Assembly (NCBI GenBank): GCA_951406725.2 | Contig: OX597829.1 | Coordinates: 16,678,001-16,742,000 of the forward strand | Direction: 5' to 3' | DNA: 64,000 nt | Source of the DNA: Octopus vulgaris | Taxonomy: Eukaryota | Shown: positions 28,650 through 43,652 of the stretch, piece after piece | How the letters are laid out: every line of letters begins with the position of its first letter | How positions within the stretch are numbered: position 1 is the first letter of the stretch | Translations under genes and position numbers: made by a program | Notes under the pieces: generated by a model | Seen by the model: only the letters and a program-made list of their open reading frames with translations | Database searches by the model: none | Told to the model about the DNA's origin: nothing

Positions 28650-29040
28650 TCATGACGACGACGATGATGGTAATGGTAATGATTATGGTTATAGTGATGG
28701 TGATGGTCATGGTTATTACGCTGAGCCTTTATGGTGAGCGATTATGGTGATAATGACGACGACGACGTTGATGATTATTCTGATGGTAGTGGTGAAAGTG
28801 ATAATGATTATGACTTGTTCATGCTGTTAATGATGATGTTGATGGTGATGATAGTGGTGATGGTGGTGTTGAGGAGGAGGAGGAGGAGGAGGCAGAGATG
28901 GTGGTAGCAAGCATCATGATTATGATGGTGGTGATAGGGTTGATGATAACGAGGATAACGATGACGGTGACGATGATGATGATGAGGAGGAGGATGATGA
29001 TAAGGATAAGGAGGAGGTGGAGGAGGAGAAGGATGCCGAG
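28650..29040. repeat. Degenerate (GAT/GGT/GAG)n array
   Basis: Direct reading. Confidence 0.9.
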
Positions 29041-29224
29041 GTGAAGAATTGCAAAAATATAAAGGAGTCGGAAGAGAGAATACGGAAGTGAAAACCAATG
29101 TTTACTTAAGGAATGTCTTCCTTTTAAAGTCGCTGTATCCCCCTCTCATATGTCGTCGATTCGTATGACCGCCATTTTACGAATAATAACCCGAAACTAT
29201 AACGCAACTACTGCCAGAAATATC

Positions 29225-29670
29225 ATTATCACCACCATCACTATTACCACCACTACAACCACCACCACTACTATCACCACCACTATCACCACCACTATCA
29301 CTACCACTACAACCTCTACTATCACACCACCACTACCACCAACACAACCACTATCACCACCACTACAGCCTCTACTATCACAAACACCACTACCACCACC
29401 ACCAATACCACCACCACCACCACTACGGCCTCTACTATCACAACCACCACTAACACCACCACCACCAACACCACCACTACACCCTACCCTCCACCATTAC
29501 AACCGCTACCAACACCACCACTATCACCACCACTACTACCTCTATCATTACAACCGCTACCACTGCCACCAACGCCACCACCACTAGTACTACGATTAGC
29601 ACAAGTATTACCATAACCACTATCACCGTGATATCCTCCTCCTCCTCATCACCACCACTACCACCACCTT
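29225..29670. repeat. Degenerate (ACC/ATC/ACT)n array
   Basis: Direct reading. Confidence 0.9.
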
Positions 29671-29787
29671 TCACTACCGACAGCGATTAGTGAACCACAG
29701 CGAGACTTTCATCCACAGCTCCGCAAAACGTGCAAGAATTAAAGAAAAAATAACCATTAAAAAAAAACCATGCCAACCAAAATTAAA

Positions 29788-30003
<216 letters not shown>

Positions 30004-30511
30004 AAGAATTAGTAAATGAAATAATATCAACACTGTAGATATCTGTTTTTCTCATCGACGTTAAGGTTCTACTCTTGTCAAACCGATCCTGCTCTTCTAA
30101 AGAGCGAGACACCCCCCACTCACGATGAGTAAAAAAAAAAGGGGAAAAGAAAAAACAGAAAAAAAAAAAACGAGGAGAAAAAGACAAATATTAGCTTAAC
30201 TTTGGTTCCAGGGTACAAATATGGAGACAATATTAAGTGGTCAAGATGTAGGTTGTATATATGTTTTTTAGTAGTGGATTATATTTAATAATCTGTCTCC
30301 TTCACAATCATCTGTCATATCCCATCACTCGCTAAAGGCAGCTCAAGATACTTCAAATGGATACTTTGTGTGTATTTGTATGTGTGTGTGTGTGTGTGTA
30401 TAAATGTGCACGCTTTCTCTTTACCTTCACCACCACCATCATCATCATCACCGCATACACCGTTACCACCACAAGCGTAACCGTCATCTTCCATATACGT
30501 ATATTTGAATA

Positions 30512-30616
<105 letters not shown>

Positions 30617-30679
30617 GTCTGTCTACGAACACGCGCACGTACACACACACATATGTATGGATGTATGTATGTCGGTAAT

Positions 30680-30878
30680 GTGACCTCGTGTGTACCGTTG
30701 GTGATTTTTTCCCTCTGTCTTCCCTTCTCTGGATCCTCCCTTCTCCTATGTTTCCGACGAAGAGCTCCGCTCGAAACGTTAAACCCTCCTTCTTTCCTTC
30801 TTTCCTGAGCGTCCAATAATACTATATTTGTTCCACGTACTCGCGCTGTTGTGTTTTTTTGTGCTTTCTTGTTTGGAT

Positions 30879-30883
<5 letters not shown>
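30680..30883 (+). mobile_element. Family F1 element with hammerhead-like motif at 30750-30784 (U4C core variant)
   Basis: gttt-CCGACGA-a-gagc tcc gctc-GAAACGTT-aaac. Confidence 0.7.
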
Positions 30884-30945
<62 letters not shown>

Positions 30946-30984
30946 TAAATATCTCAGAGAGATATAAGCAGTAGTGGTACGATG

Positions 30985-31380
30985 GGATCTTTTCGGTTTG
31001 AACGGCAGTTTTTTCTAGCGGTGTCATATGAAATTGTCACCCATAATTATGACCCTAGTATCGATCTATTGCAATCTGTTTTAGGGTTAGGGTTAGGCGT
31101 GGGGGAAGGGTATCTTTTTTCTTCAGAAATGTAAATAAACCCAATCTGTTTCTTAAACGAGGGACATATACGGCACAGAATGTTTTTTTTTACCTCAATA
31201 GACGTCAGTGATTGGTTGGAATTGCAGAAATTGAAGAAAAAAACAACAACAAATATCTAACAAACTATAGAATTTTCTCAATAAAGCCATGAGATGTTTT
31301 ATAAACACATTCTACCAGTATACGAAGTTTTAGTTACCTAGAAATTATGTTAAAAACTGCCGTTCAAACCGAAAAGATCA
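30985..31380. mobile_element. Merlin-like MITE, short form
   Basis: Same TIRs as the 25490 copy; no clear TSD. Confidence 0.85.
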
Positions 31381-31629
31381 CAAATCTGGTTAAAACAAAT
31401 CTTGTCAACTGCCTTTGTAATAAAATTTTAAAATTGTAAAGAGACTTTATGAACACTCTGTATATTTACTTATATGTGTACAGTTCTCCCTACTTATAAG
31501 GCATATCGCTACATTGCGTCCCCGCATATAACGCGGGTGGTTTGATGGACACCCAAATAATTTGAAGCAGAATTTCCCTTATTATCGCTCACAACTTGTA
31601 AAAACCTTGATTAGAAGCAGAATTTCAAC

Positions 31630-33300
31630 TACGAACCATATGGTTCCGGGTTCATTCCACTATAGCCTCGGGCCGAATAAAGCTTTGTGAGTGGATTTGG
31701 TAGACGGAAACTGAAAGAAGCCCGTCGTATATACGAGGGGCGTTCAATAAGTAATGCCCCTGACGCACTTCCCATAGCAGTAGAGCAACGAAACTTGTTA
31801 TAACGAAACAGTTATTAGTCTTTTTCTACATAGGAACCACCCAGAGTTACGCATTTCTCCCATCGTTTGATGCGGCTCTGGAGACCGTTTTTGTAGAAGA
31901 ACCCAGCTTGGTCCTCCAACCTCAACGTGACTTCAGAAATCAAGGCTGCATCATCTGGGAAACGCTTTCCTTTCAAAAACAACTTCATGATTGGGAAGAG
32001 GTAAAAATCAGAGGGTGCAAGGTCAGGAAAGTAGTGGGGATGGGGAGGAGTTCATAGCCATACGCCTGTGCTTCTGATCTGGCGACAAGCGAGTTGTTGA
32101 CCAGAGCGTTGTCCTGCAGGAGGAGGAAGCCTTTGCTGATCTTGCCCCGCCTCTTGATTTTGATAACTTCTCTTAATTTCCTCAAAAGTGAAGCATAATA
32201 GGCTCCTGCAATTGTGGTACCCTTTGCCAGGAAATCTGTCATCACTACTCCGTCCTGGTCCCAGAAGACTGTGAGCATGACCTTGCCAGCGGAGGGCTGC
32301 ACCCTTGCTTTCTTTGGAGGGGGTGAGTCACGGTGCTTCCACTGCATTGACTGGGCTTTGGTCTATGGATCATCGTGATGCACACAGGTTTTATCCTGTG
32401 TAATCAGTCTTTTGAAAAATTTTGACTCATCTTCTTGGCACATCTCCAAATTCACCCTCGAGCACTCGACGCGTTCTTGCTTCTGGAAAGGCGTGAGCAA
32501 CCTGGGAATCCATCTGGCAGACACCTTTTGCATATGCAAATGGTCATGAATGATAGTTTCCACAGACCCGGTACTAATCTTGACCTCATGGGCTATTTGG
32601 CGAATAATTATGCGTCGATCTTCCAAAATGGCAGCCTCAACTTGACGGACAGATGCCTCATCAATGGCAGAAGGGGGCGACCAGATCTGGGAGCTGTTTC
32701 CACAGAGTTCCGACCATGTTTGAATTCACGATGCCAGCGTTTTACAAGGTCATATGATGGGGCATCATCACCATAAGTTACTTTCATTTCATCAAATGTC
32801 TCCCGTGGTGTGCGTCCTTTCAAATACAAAAACCGGATCACTGCTCGACACTCAACAGGCTCCATTTCACACTTGACTCGGTTCAAACACCTGTAAATCA
32901 GAAATCACAATTAATTCATAGCTGTAATTTACCACTTACTCTATAGAGATATAAATGATTGCACATGCAAAATTTCAGCTAGATCAAACAACTGCAAGTG
33001 GGTCAGAGGCATTACTTATTGAACGTCTCTCGTATATATTTATATATATATATATATATGTGTGTGTGTGCGTGTGTGTGTATGTTTCTGTGTCTGTGTT
33101 TGCCCTCCCAACATCGCTTGTCAACCGATGTTGGTATGTTTACGTCCCCGTAACTTAGCGGTTCGGCAAAAGTGACCGATAGAATAATTACTAGGCTTAC
33201 AAAGAATAAGTCCTGGGGTCGATTCGCTCGAACGACTAAAGGCGGTGCTCCAGCATGGCCACAGTCAAATGACTGAAACAAGTAAAAGAGTAAAAGAGCA
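31630..33300 (+). mobile_element. SINE family B split by a mariner insertion
   Basis: 5' half ends ...cccgtcgtata at 31733; 3' half resumes at 33033. Confidence 0.88.
31734..33032 (-). mobile_element. Full-length mariner transposon (~1.3 kb); transposase disrupted by frameshifts
   Basis: TIRs cgaggggcgttcaataagtaatgcccctgac / gtcagaggcattacttattgaacgtctctcg; TA TSD; peptides MEPVECRAVIRFLYLKG, WIPRLL, TQDKT, KVMLTVFWD, LLQDNA spread over three frames. Confidence 0.95.
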
Positions 33301-33641
33301 AGTGCATACCTTAATCAACAGCTTGAAAATAATATTGCAATCGGTTACCAAATAATTGGGTGCTAATTACTGGTTTCTTTGATTTTGTGATGAAAACAAC
33401 ACCTTTTCGACCGGCGAGCGCTCTTTTGACAGTTCGATTTCCACGATTTGATTGGATTGTTTGAAGAAGATTCCTCCAATCAAAGGGTTCGAATGAGACA
33501 AGCAAATTAATATTTACACACTGGAGGTATGTTTTATATAAAAGTGACACCATATTCCACATCACTTCATTACAATTTCAAGTTATCTTGCAGATATTTG
33601 AAAAAAAAATACAGTATGACTACACAATGCCTAAGAGACAA

Positions 33642-33996
33642 GGATCGTTTCACTTTGGCCGACAGATTTTTAAAACAATTTCTTTGTAACTAAACACTTT
33701 TAACTGATATGAAATATGTCATAAAGAACAGTGACATTTTCACATGACACCGCAAATAATTGTTGTTGACACACTACGGCAGAAATTGAATTCACCTCAA
33801 TAGACGTCATTGATTTGTTGAAATTGCCGAAATGCAAGAAATTAAACAACAAATAGCTTACAAACTACAGAATTTTCTCAAGAAAGCCAAGAGAAAAAGA
33901 TGTTTTATAAACACATTCTACCAGTATACGAAGTTTAAAAGTATTTAGTTACAAAGAAATTATTTTAAAAATCTGCCGGTCAAAGCGAAAAGATCC
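33642..33996. mobile_element. Merlin-like MITE, diverged subfamily
   Basis: Ends ggatcgtttcactttggccgacagattttt / aaaaatctgccggtcaaagcgaaaagatcc; right arm matches the other copies. Confidence 0.75.
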
Positions 33997-33999
33997 AGA

Positions 34000-34640
34000 A
34001 GTAGTCTTATTCTGTAAAGGAAAAGTTAGATCTGGTTGAATGTATTCGAAATGGCGAAAGCAAAGCCAAACTATCGAGAAAGACTGGTGTTCCGGAGTCC
34101 ACCCTGTGTGGTTGGGTTAAGGATGAGGCTAACCTCAGGAGTTATGTAAATACAGTTGTGGACAGTGAGGGCCTAGCTAGGAAGAAGGCCAGGACTGCCA
34201 ATGACAGTGAACTTCAGAAAGTAGTTTTCACCTGGTTTGTCCAGGAGAAGAGTGGCAGCACCCCCACTGTCAGGCGCCATTAGCAGAACCCAGGCAGAGA
34301 AGTTTTATAGCCAGCTGCATCTAGAGCAACCTGACCAGACTGATCAGCAAACCTTTCTAGCCAACAAGGGGTGGTTGTACATGTTCCAGAAGCGCCATTG
34401 GTATAGGTTCTGTCAAGATCAGTGGGGATCAGAGATCAGCAGACAGCCAAGCTGCAGATAACTTCCCAGCTACCCTGAAGCAGCATATGGAAGCAGAATA
34501 CCTCACCCCAGAACAACTGTGCAATGCAGATGAGTCCGGCCTCTTCTGGAAGATACTACCAAACAACACTAACACCTTGGACTACAAACAGGCAAAGAAC
34601 AGACTGTGCCAGAAGAAGCTGAGAGACTTTTTTATGTGAT
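34000..34640 (+). pseudogene. Tigger/pogo (CENP-B/Jerky-like) transposase fragment
   Basis: SYSVKEKLDLVECIRNGESKAKLSRKTGVPESTLCGW (HTH_psq-like), VFTWF..., PLSG, FLANKGWLYMFQKRH, EQLCNADESGLFWKILP; frameshifted. Confidence 0.88.
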
Positions 34641-34727
34641 TGAATAAAAAACAATTAAATGTGAACCTTCATACAATGTAACTTTATTAATTAAACATAC
34701 TTTTAAGGGTTTTCAAATCATTCACCA

Positions 34728-35236
34728 GGTGGCATGACACCTGTAATGATATGCATAAGATCTTGTCATCAAATCTAAGTAGAGATTTCAAACTTAAAAT
34801 CTTCAAAGCCACAGTCGAACCAGTTCTACTATATGGCTCAGAAACCTGGACGTTATCAAAGAAGCTTGAGAGGCGGTTGGATATAACTTACACTTGCCTC
34901 CTTATGAGAGCTCAAAATCTCTCGTGGAAGCGTCATCCAACCAAAGTACAAATATATGGGAAATTACCACCTGTATCATCTCTTGTGAAAGGTAGGAGAG
35001 TCCAGTTTGCTGGACATTGTTGTAGAGCTGAAAAAGAGGTAATTTCTACTCTTCTCCTCTGGAAGCTATCTGCTCGTGATACCAGAGGACGCACACTCTC
35101 CTACCCTGATGTAATCTCCAGGGATACAGGCATCCAGCAACAGGACCTCCGTAATGCCATGATGGACCGTGAAGCCTGATGTAAACTTGTAAATTCCATT
35201 GTCTCGACCACGGTCGAACAATGATGATGATGATGA
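34728..35236 (+). mobile_element. 5'-truncated RTE-like LINE 3' end
   Basis: KLKIFKATVEPVLLYGSETWTL...RRVQFAGHCCR; (TGA)n tail. Confidence 0.9.
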
Positions 35237-35599
35237 CTCCAGATATGCAATGTAAAAGCATTTCGTAAGTATTTATTGAAAATTCTTATTTTAGACTCAA
35301 CAAGAACTGCTTACGGAAGTAAACAATGTAAATATTTTTGAAAAGTTGTTGTAAGTGCTGTAATTAATGATATTTTGTAATTTATTGTTATTGTATAATA
35401 AATGTTAAACTTGATTGAATATATATATATATATTTTCGTTCGTGCACTTTACTAATCAAACAAAATATCTCATTTTCTTCTATTATCGCCTGTTCCCTC
35501 ACTTACCCATGAAACCGCGGCCCGGATGGGACGCGGTTGGTTTTCTTAGAGCCCATCACCCGCATTATAGAGAGGGAGTACTGTATTATATGCGTGTGT

Positions 35600-36500
35600 C
35601 TGTATATATATATATATATATATATGCGCACACACATGCATGACAAACACCCATACACTCACACTCACATACGCACACACCAACATAAACACGCACACGC
35701 ACACACACACACCTACACTCCCACACACATACACACGCACCTACATACACACACGCACGCATACACACGCACACACACGCATACACACATACATTACACA
35801 CGTACACACACACCTGCATACACACACACACACAAACATGCACGGACACACCCAGACATACATACATACACCCATATACACACGTCCACACACCTACATA
35901 CACACACATATACACACGCCCACACACCTACATACACACACATACATACACACACATACACGGACACACCCATACATACTTACATACATACACCTATACA
36001 CACACGCCTACACACCTACATACACACACATGCATACATACACACACATGTACGCACATACACACATATATACGCACATACATATATACCCACACACATG
36101 CACACACACACATACGCACATACATGCATGCATGCACACGCGCACACCTACACACACACACACGCACGTACACATACATACATACACATACACATACATA
36201 CACCCATACACATACATGCATCCTACACACACATACATACACACTCACACATACATACACACACACACACTCACTCACACACCTGTATGTACGCGCACAC
36301 ACATGCACATACACACACTTCCACACACCCACACGTACATACATACACACTCATACACATACACACACACACACACACGGACATACATCTATGCACACAC
36401 ATATATACACACATACTCACATACATTCATCGGACACACTGACACCCAGACATACACACAGACACACTCACACATCCACACACGTACATACTTACGCGCA
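35600..36500. repeat. Long degenerate (CA)n/(CATA)n array
   Basis: Direct reading; explains the 557-aa T/H-rich ORF. Confidence 0.92.
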
Positions 36501-37059
36501 TACTCGCAGGCGCGCGCACTCACGCGCTTGCGCCGGTTCGCGCACGCATACGCGCTGCATGCACCTCGCTCTTGGACCCGACGAGACCTCCCGCACGTTC
36601 CTGGGACCGTCGCTTGTCGTTGGGTTTTCCCACGCCCGTCTTCGCGGGACCACTCTTCCATCTTCCCCTCAGCTGGGGTCCTTTTTCCTTACCCCCCCTT
36701 TTTTGTTACACACACGCGCACACATATACACACATTGCTTAAATATATACATTACTCTTACACACATTCAATCTACTCGCCATTAATACTACCACGACAC
36801 TGGACACACACACACACTACTACTCAACACACGCTGGCACGCTACATACGCCCCCACCCCTTCCCCTCCCTCCCTTCCTCCTTCTTTCTTTTTCTTACTA
36901 CTGACCACTATCTGCTATGCCTACCACTGTCTCGCCCTACCTCACACGCCTACACACAGACGCACACACTAACACATACATATATTTTTTGTTTTTTTAT
37001 CTCGCCTCACACACACACATACACACACGCACACGCACACACTCACACATATACACACA

Positions 37060-37360
37060 TCTGTTGCGTTACCAACCTTGTCTCCACTCTTTTGGCTTTA
37101 AAAACCTACTTTGCTCTTGTTATCGTAAACTTCCGCCTTTCACCATGTGTAACTCGTAAACACCAGTCGTTTTTTTCCCTATCTCCTGTTGCCCACTTTG
37201 GGATCTTTCTTTCCTCTCTCTTCCTTCTTTATGTTTCCGACGAAGAGCTCCGCTCGAAACGTCATACCTTCCTGCTTCCATTTCCTGAGCGCCTATTAAT
37301 AATAATACTGTAATTGTTCCATTGTTGTTGTTTTTTTGTTTTCCCGTTTGGATTAAAATT
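37060..37360 (+). mobile_element. Family F1-related element with hammerhead-like motif at 37233-37265 (GUC triplet)
   Basis: CCGACGA-a-gagc tcc gctc-GAAACGTC; F1-type tail tttcctgagcg...gtttggattaa. Confidence 0.65.
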
Positions 37361-37400
37361 ATATATATATATATATGCATATACGTGTAATATTTGTGTG

Positions 37401-37469
<69 letters not shown>

Positions 37470-37880
37470 CCAGAGGTGTGGTTGTGTAGTAAGAAGCTTG
37501 GTTACCAGCTACATGGTTCCGGTTTCTGTGCCACTGCGTGGCACCTCGGGCAAGTGTCTTCTATAGTTTCGGGCCGACGAAAGCCTTGTGAGTGGATTTG
37601 GTAGACGGAAACTGAAAGAAGCCCGTCGTGTATATATGTATATATTTATGTGTGTGTGTTTTATGTCTGTGTTTGTCCGACCACCACCACCACCACCATC
37701 CCTTGACAGCCGATGTTGGTGTGTTTACGCCCCCGAAACTTATCGGTTCGCCAAAAGAGACGGAAAGAATAAGTACTAGTCTTATAAAAAATAAGTCCTA
37801 GGATTGATTTGCTCGACTAAAGGCGGTGTAACAACATGGCAGCATTCAAATACTGAAACGCGTAAAAGAGGGAAAGAGAG
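37470..37880 (+). mobile_element. SINE family B
   Basis: Full-length match to the other copies. Confidence 0.9.
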
Positions 37881-37903
37881 AGTATGTGTATACACACGTG
37901 TGT

Positions 37904-37949
<46 letters not shown>

Positions 37950-37954
<5 letters not shown>

Positions 37955-38165
37955 ACGCCATGATAGATCGTTAGCTCCTACACGCATTTTTTTCTCTCCT
38001 TGTTTCTCTCCTTGTTTTTCTTTCTGTGTATCTTTCTGTCGAAGAGCGTAGGCTCGAAACGTAAAAGACTTGTTCTATTTCTATTCCTGAGCGCCATACT
38101 TATACATTTGTTTGTTTGTACTCCACCTGCCTTCGTCTTTTGTTTATTTTCGTAAACCTTCCCAT
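37950..38165 (+). mobile_element. Family F2 element with hammerhead-like motif at 38031-38068
   Basis: tcttt-CTGTCGA-a-gagc gtag gctc-GAAACGTA-aaaga (5-bp stem I); both ends in (TA)n. Confidence 0.7.
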
Positions 38166-38183
38166 TATATATATATATATATA

Positions 38184-38740
38184 ATGTGACAATTATTCGG
38201 TAGCCATTATAAAACTCCGAGTTTCGGATGTCGGGGCGGAAACCCACGCCGGCATCTCTTCAGTTGTCAGGCCATCGAAAAAAATGCTATGAAAATGACC
38301 GTTAAAACAAAGGGAAATTATTGTGTGATTGACCGTTATTAAGACAAAAGAGCCATTAGAATGACCGCTAAGTGAGGGAAGGGAGTAAAGGTAAGGGAGT
38401 AAAAATGCTCATAGTAATCGCGTAACCGCGCATGTGTATGTATGGACATGCGCGCTTACGCGCTTACCTTTCCTTTACTACCCTCCCCTTACTTAGCGGT
38501 CATTCTAATAGTTCTTTTGTCTTAATAACGGTCAATCACACAGTAATTTCCCTTTGTTTTAATGGTTGTTTTCATAACATTGTTTTCGATGGTCGGACTG
38601 TGTTTCCGCCCGACATCCGAAACTCGGAGTTTTATCATGGCTACCGAATAATTGTCACATATTACATTTACAGATAAATTCCTCTATCTACATAATATCG
38701 AGGTCTCTTTCATTCTTTTGTTGTCTTACCATTTCTATCA

Positions 38741-38742
<2 letters not shown>
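38184..38742 (+). mobile_element. Penelope-like fold-back element (arms ~38184-38435 and 38445-38660) with hammerhead motif on the minus strand at ~38205-38269
   Basis: Long imperfect inverted repeat; minus strand tgacaa-CTGAAGA-gatgccgg...ccgacatc-c-GAAACTCGGAGTT; tail homologous to 11511-11580. Confidence 0.7.
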
Positions 38743-38772
<30 letters not shown>

Positions 38773-39455
38773 ATATATACATTCATACACACATACATGC
38801 TTGCATACATACATACATACATACATACATACATACATACATACATACATACATACACACATACATACATGCATGCATACATACATACATACATACATAC
38901 ATACACACATCTATTTTTACTTATGCGTGCGCACTTTCGCATTTGAACGGTCGTGTGCCTGCGTAATGTGTGTTTGTGTGTGTATGTGTGCGCGAGCGTG
39001 TGTGTAGTGTGTGTATATTTGTGCGTACACATGTATGTTTCAGTAGCTGTTATTTTGGTAGCGATGTGTCCCATGTACACTACAGACGACTCCACAATGT
39101 TGATACTGTCATCGTTGTAATAGGTTTTACATATTAGAAAACAGAGAGAAAGAAGAAAAGAAAGAAGGAAGGAAGGAAATACTAAATGCGGAAACAAAAC
39201 AAATTATGAAATAAAAAATACAAAAACAAAAACTGGCATTCGCCGTACGAACGAGAGTAAATATTGACCGTCATCATCTATATTCACAAAAACATACATA
39301 GTTATATGCACACATAGACACACGTGCACACACAGAGACATACACACACATACAATTACATGCGCGTGTATATATGAAGATACAAATAAGCACACACACA
39401 CACGAAGGATACATCATATATATATATATATATATGCATATATACATACAAATAT

Positions 39456-39504
<49 letters not shown>

Positions 39505-39505
39505 C

Positions 39506-39539
<34 letters not shown>

Positions 39540-39688
39540 TGTACGTGTATATATATATGTATAAATAAAAATATGTATGTGTGTATGTATATATATGTGT
39601 GTATATATATATATGTATATACACACACACTTATGTGTATGTGTATGAGTATATATATATATATGTATAAATATATATGTGTGTGTGC

Positions 39689-39747
<59 letters not shown>

Positions 39748-39902
39748 TGTATGTATGTATGTATACCCCTGTGAGAGTATCTAGGTGTGTTTATTTATTT
39801 AGATGTTATATTACATTTACGATTTCTTCCGAGAAAGAAAATATAACGGAAGTCGTAATTTACACATTACGGAAAAACTACTGCTACACAAAACGTATAT
39901 AT

Positions 39903-40055
<153 letters not shown>

Positions 40056-40343
40056 CGAGGTAGTGTCCAGCAAGGCAACATTCTAATAACTGAAACGTGT
40101 GTTTGTGTGTGCGTATGGGCGGCGCGCGTGTGTGTTGGGTGTGTGTGTGTGTCTGCATGGATGTTTGCGTGTAATGTTAGAAACTAACTCCCGATGAACT
40201 TTTTCTATTTTAGCAAGCAACGAATAACTAAACAGTGAAAATACTCCGGTTCAGAACAACAATCTGGGAATAATCTGCCATCAAGTACGGATCATACTCC
40301 CAAGTATGTTAGGACCACGAGAGTGGATGCCGTAAGGCAGGCG

Positions 40344-40759
40344 GGATCTTTTCGGTTTGAACGGCAGTTTTTTCTAGCGGTGTCATATGAAATTGTCACC
40401 CATAATTATGACCCTAGTATCGATCTATTGCATTTCAATCTATTTTAGGGTTAGGGTTAGGGGTGGGGGGAAGGGTATCTTTTTGTCTTCAGAAATGTAA
40501 ATAAGCCCAATCTGTTTCTTAAACGAGGGACATATTCATACGGCACAGAATGTTTTCACCTCAATAGACGTCAGTGATTGGTTGAAATTGCAGAAATTGA
40601 AGAAAAAAACAACAAATATCTTACAAACTATAGAATTTTCTCAATAAAGCCAAGAGAAAAAGATGTTTTATAAACGCATTCTACCAGTATATGAAGTTTA
40701 AAAGTGTTTAGTTATGTGGAAATTATTTTAAAAAACTGCCGTTCAAACCGGAAAGATCC
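40344..40759. mobile_element. Merlin-like MITE, short form, flanked by a ~92-bp direct duplication
   Basis: Same TIRs; flanks 40252-40343 and 40760-40896 are homologous. Confidence 0.9.
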
Positions 40760-41002
40760 CAGAACCACAATCCGGGAATAATCAGTCATCAAGTACGGAT
40801 CATACACCCAAAGTATATTAGGACCACAATAGCCCCTTGTGGGCAAAAAAAGAAATATATATTAGGACCACGAGGGTGGATGCCGTAAGACAGGCGGGTG
40901 CGTTTAGAAGGAGATGCTAAAAGTGAACGTCGCTTCAAGATTCATGCATCAAAGCAAATCTGTTTGCGAATTGTAATTACAGCCAAGGAAAAAATATATC
41001 TA

Positions 41003-41720
<718 letters not shown>

Positions 41721-42384
41721 GGATCTTTTCCCTTTGAACGGCAGATCGAAAAATTAATTTTTTGTAATTAATCGAAACCATGAAATTGCAATCATGAGTT
41801 TAACATCCTAACCATTAAGCCACACACACACACACACCCACACACACACACACACACACGTATTAATAATGAAAGGGTAAATTTTTATTAATTAAATTAA
41901 TTAATTAATTAAGTAATTAAAATTAGGGTTCAGCTAACTGCTTCACCACATACCCAATTTAGAAATAGGAGTTAAAAAAATTCCTTTTCTACTACTATAA
42001 GAATCTCCATGACGGTAAACTTACTTTTTTTCGAAGGCGAAGAGAAAAATAATGAATCAATAATCCTGGTCGTGTTGATTCATCGATTTTCTCTGCCTTT
42101 GTAAAAAAGTATGTGTTAACAACAAACAAGATGAGGACAAATATCCGTCAAATGTAAATAAAGTAAATAATGGTTTAGGTCAAACAACTGACAAGAAGAA
42201 TATTTGCTGTAGCCCATCTTTTATACCAAGACAAAACAATGTGCATGATAACACTTCCAATCAGTTAAGATCAGGAACCACGAGAATCACTGCCTGGTAC
42301 TGCATCAGGGCTGCGTACTGTGGTCGGTCTAATCAACTGGCTTCTTCCCCCAAAATTCCGGGCCTTGTGCCTAAAATAGAAAAG

Positions 42385-42449
<65 letters not shown>

Positions 42450-42450
<1 letters not shown>

Positions 42451-42690
42451 TATCGGATATATACTTTTATAGCAAGTGATTTGATCTGAGATTGTGTGCT
42501 GAAACGAAAACAATTGCAGCGTGGAAGGTGTTTGCAAGCCATTTAAGAAACACACAAAAGCCGTTCGATTCACTTCAACATTTAAGTTTAATTTGTCAAA
42601 ATATTTTCGTACTTAAATGTTGAAGTGAATCGAACGGCTTTTGTGTATTTCTTAAATGGCTTACAAGCACCTTCCACGCTGCAATTGTTA
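42450..42690. repeat. Fold-back element within TTA repeats (arms 42509-42587 and 42611-42689)
   Basis: ~79-bp inverted arms with few mismatches. Confidence 0.85.
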
Positions 42691-42730
42691 TTTATTTATC
42701 ATTATTATTATTATTTTATTATGATTATTA

Positions 42731-42826
<96 letters not shown>

Positions 42827-42834
42827 TATTATTA

Positions 42835-43652
<818 letters not shown>

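Noticed and set aside
29150-29587. Pro/Thr/His-rich extensin- or mucin-like ORF
   Set aside because: Derived from an ACC-type trinucleotide array
35537-37313. 301-aa and 557-aa ORFs
   Set aside because: Translations of stop-poor CA/CATA repeats with no domain signal; the same applies to the many YI/CV/HT-rich ORFs across the window
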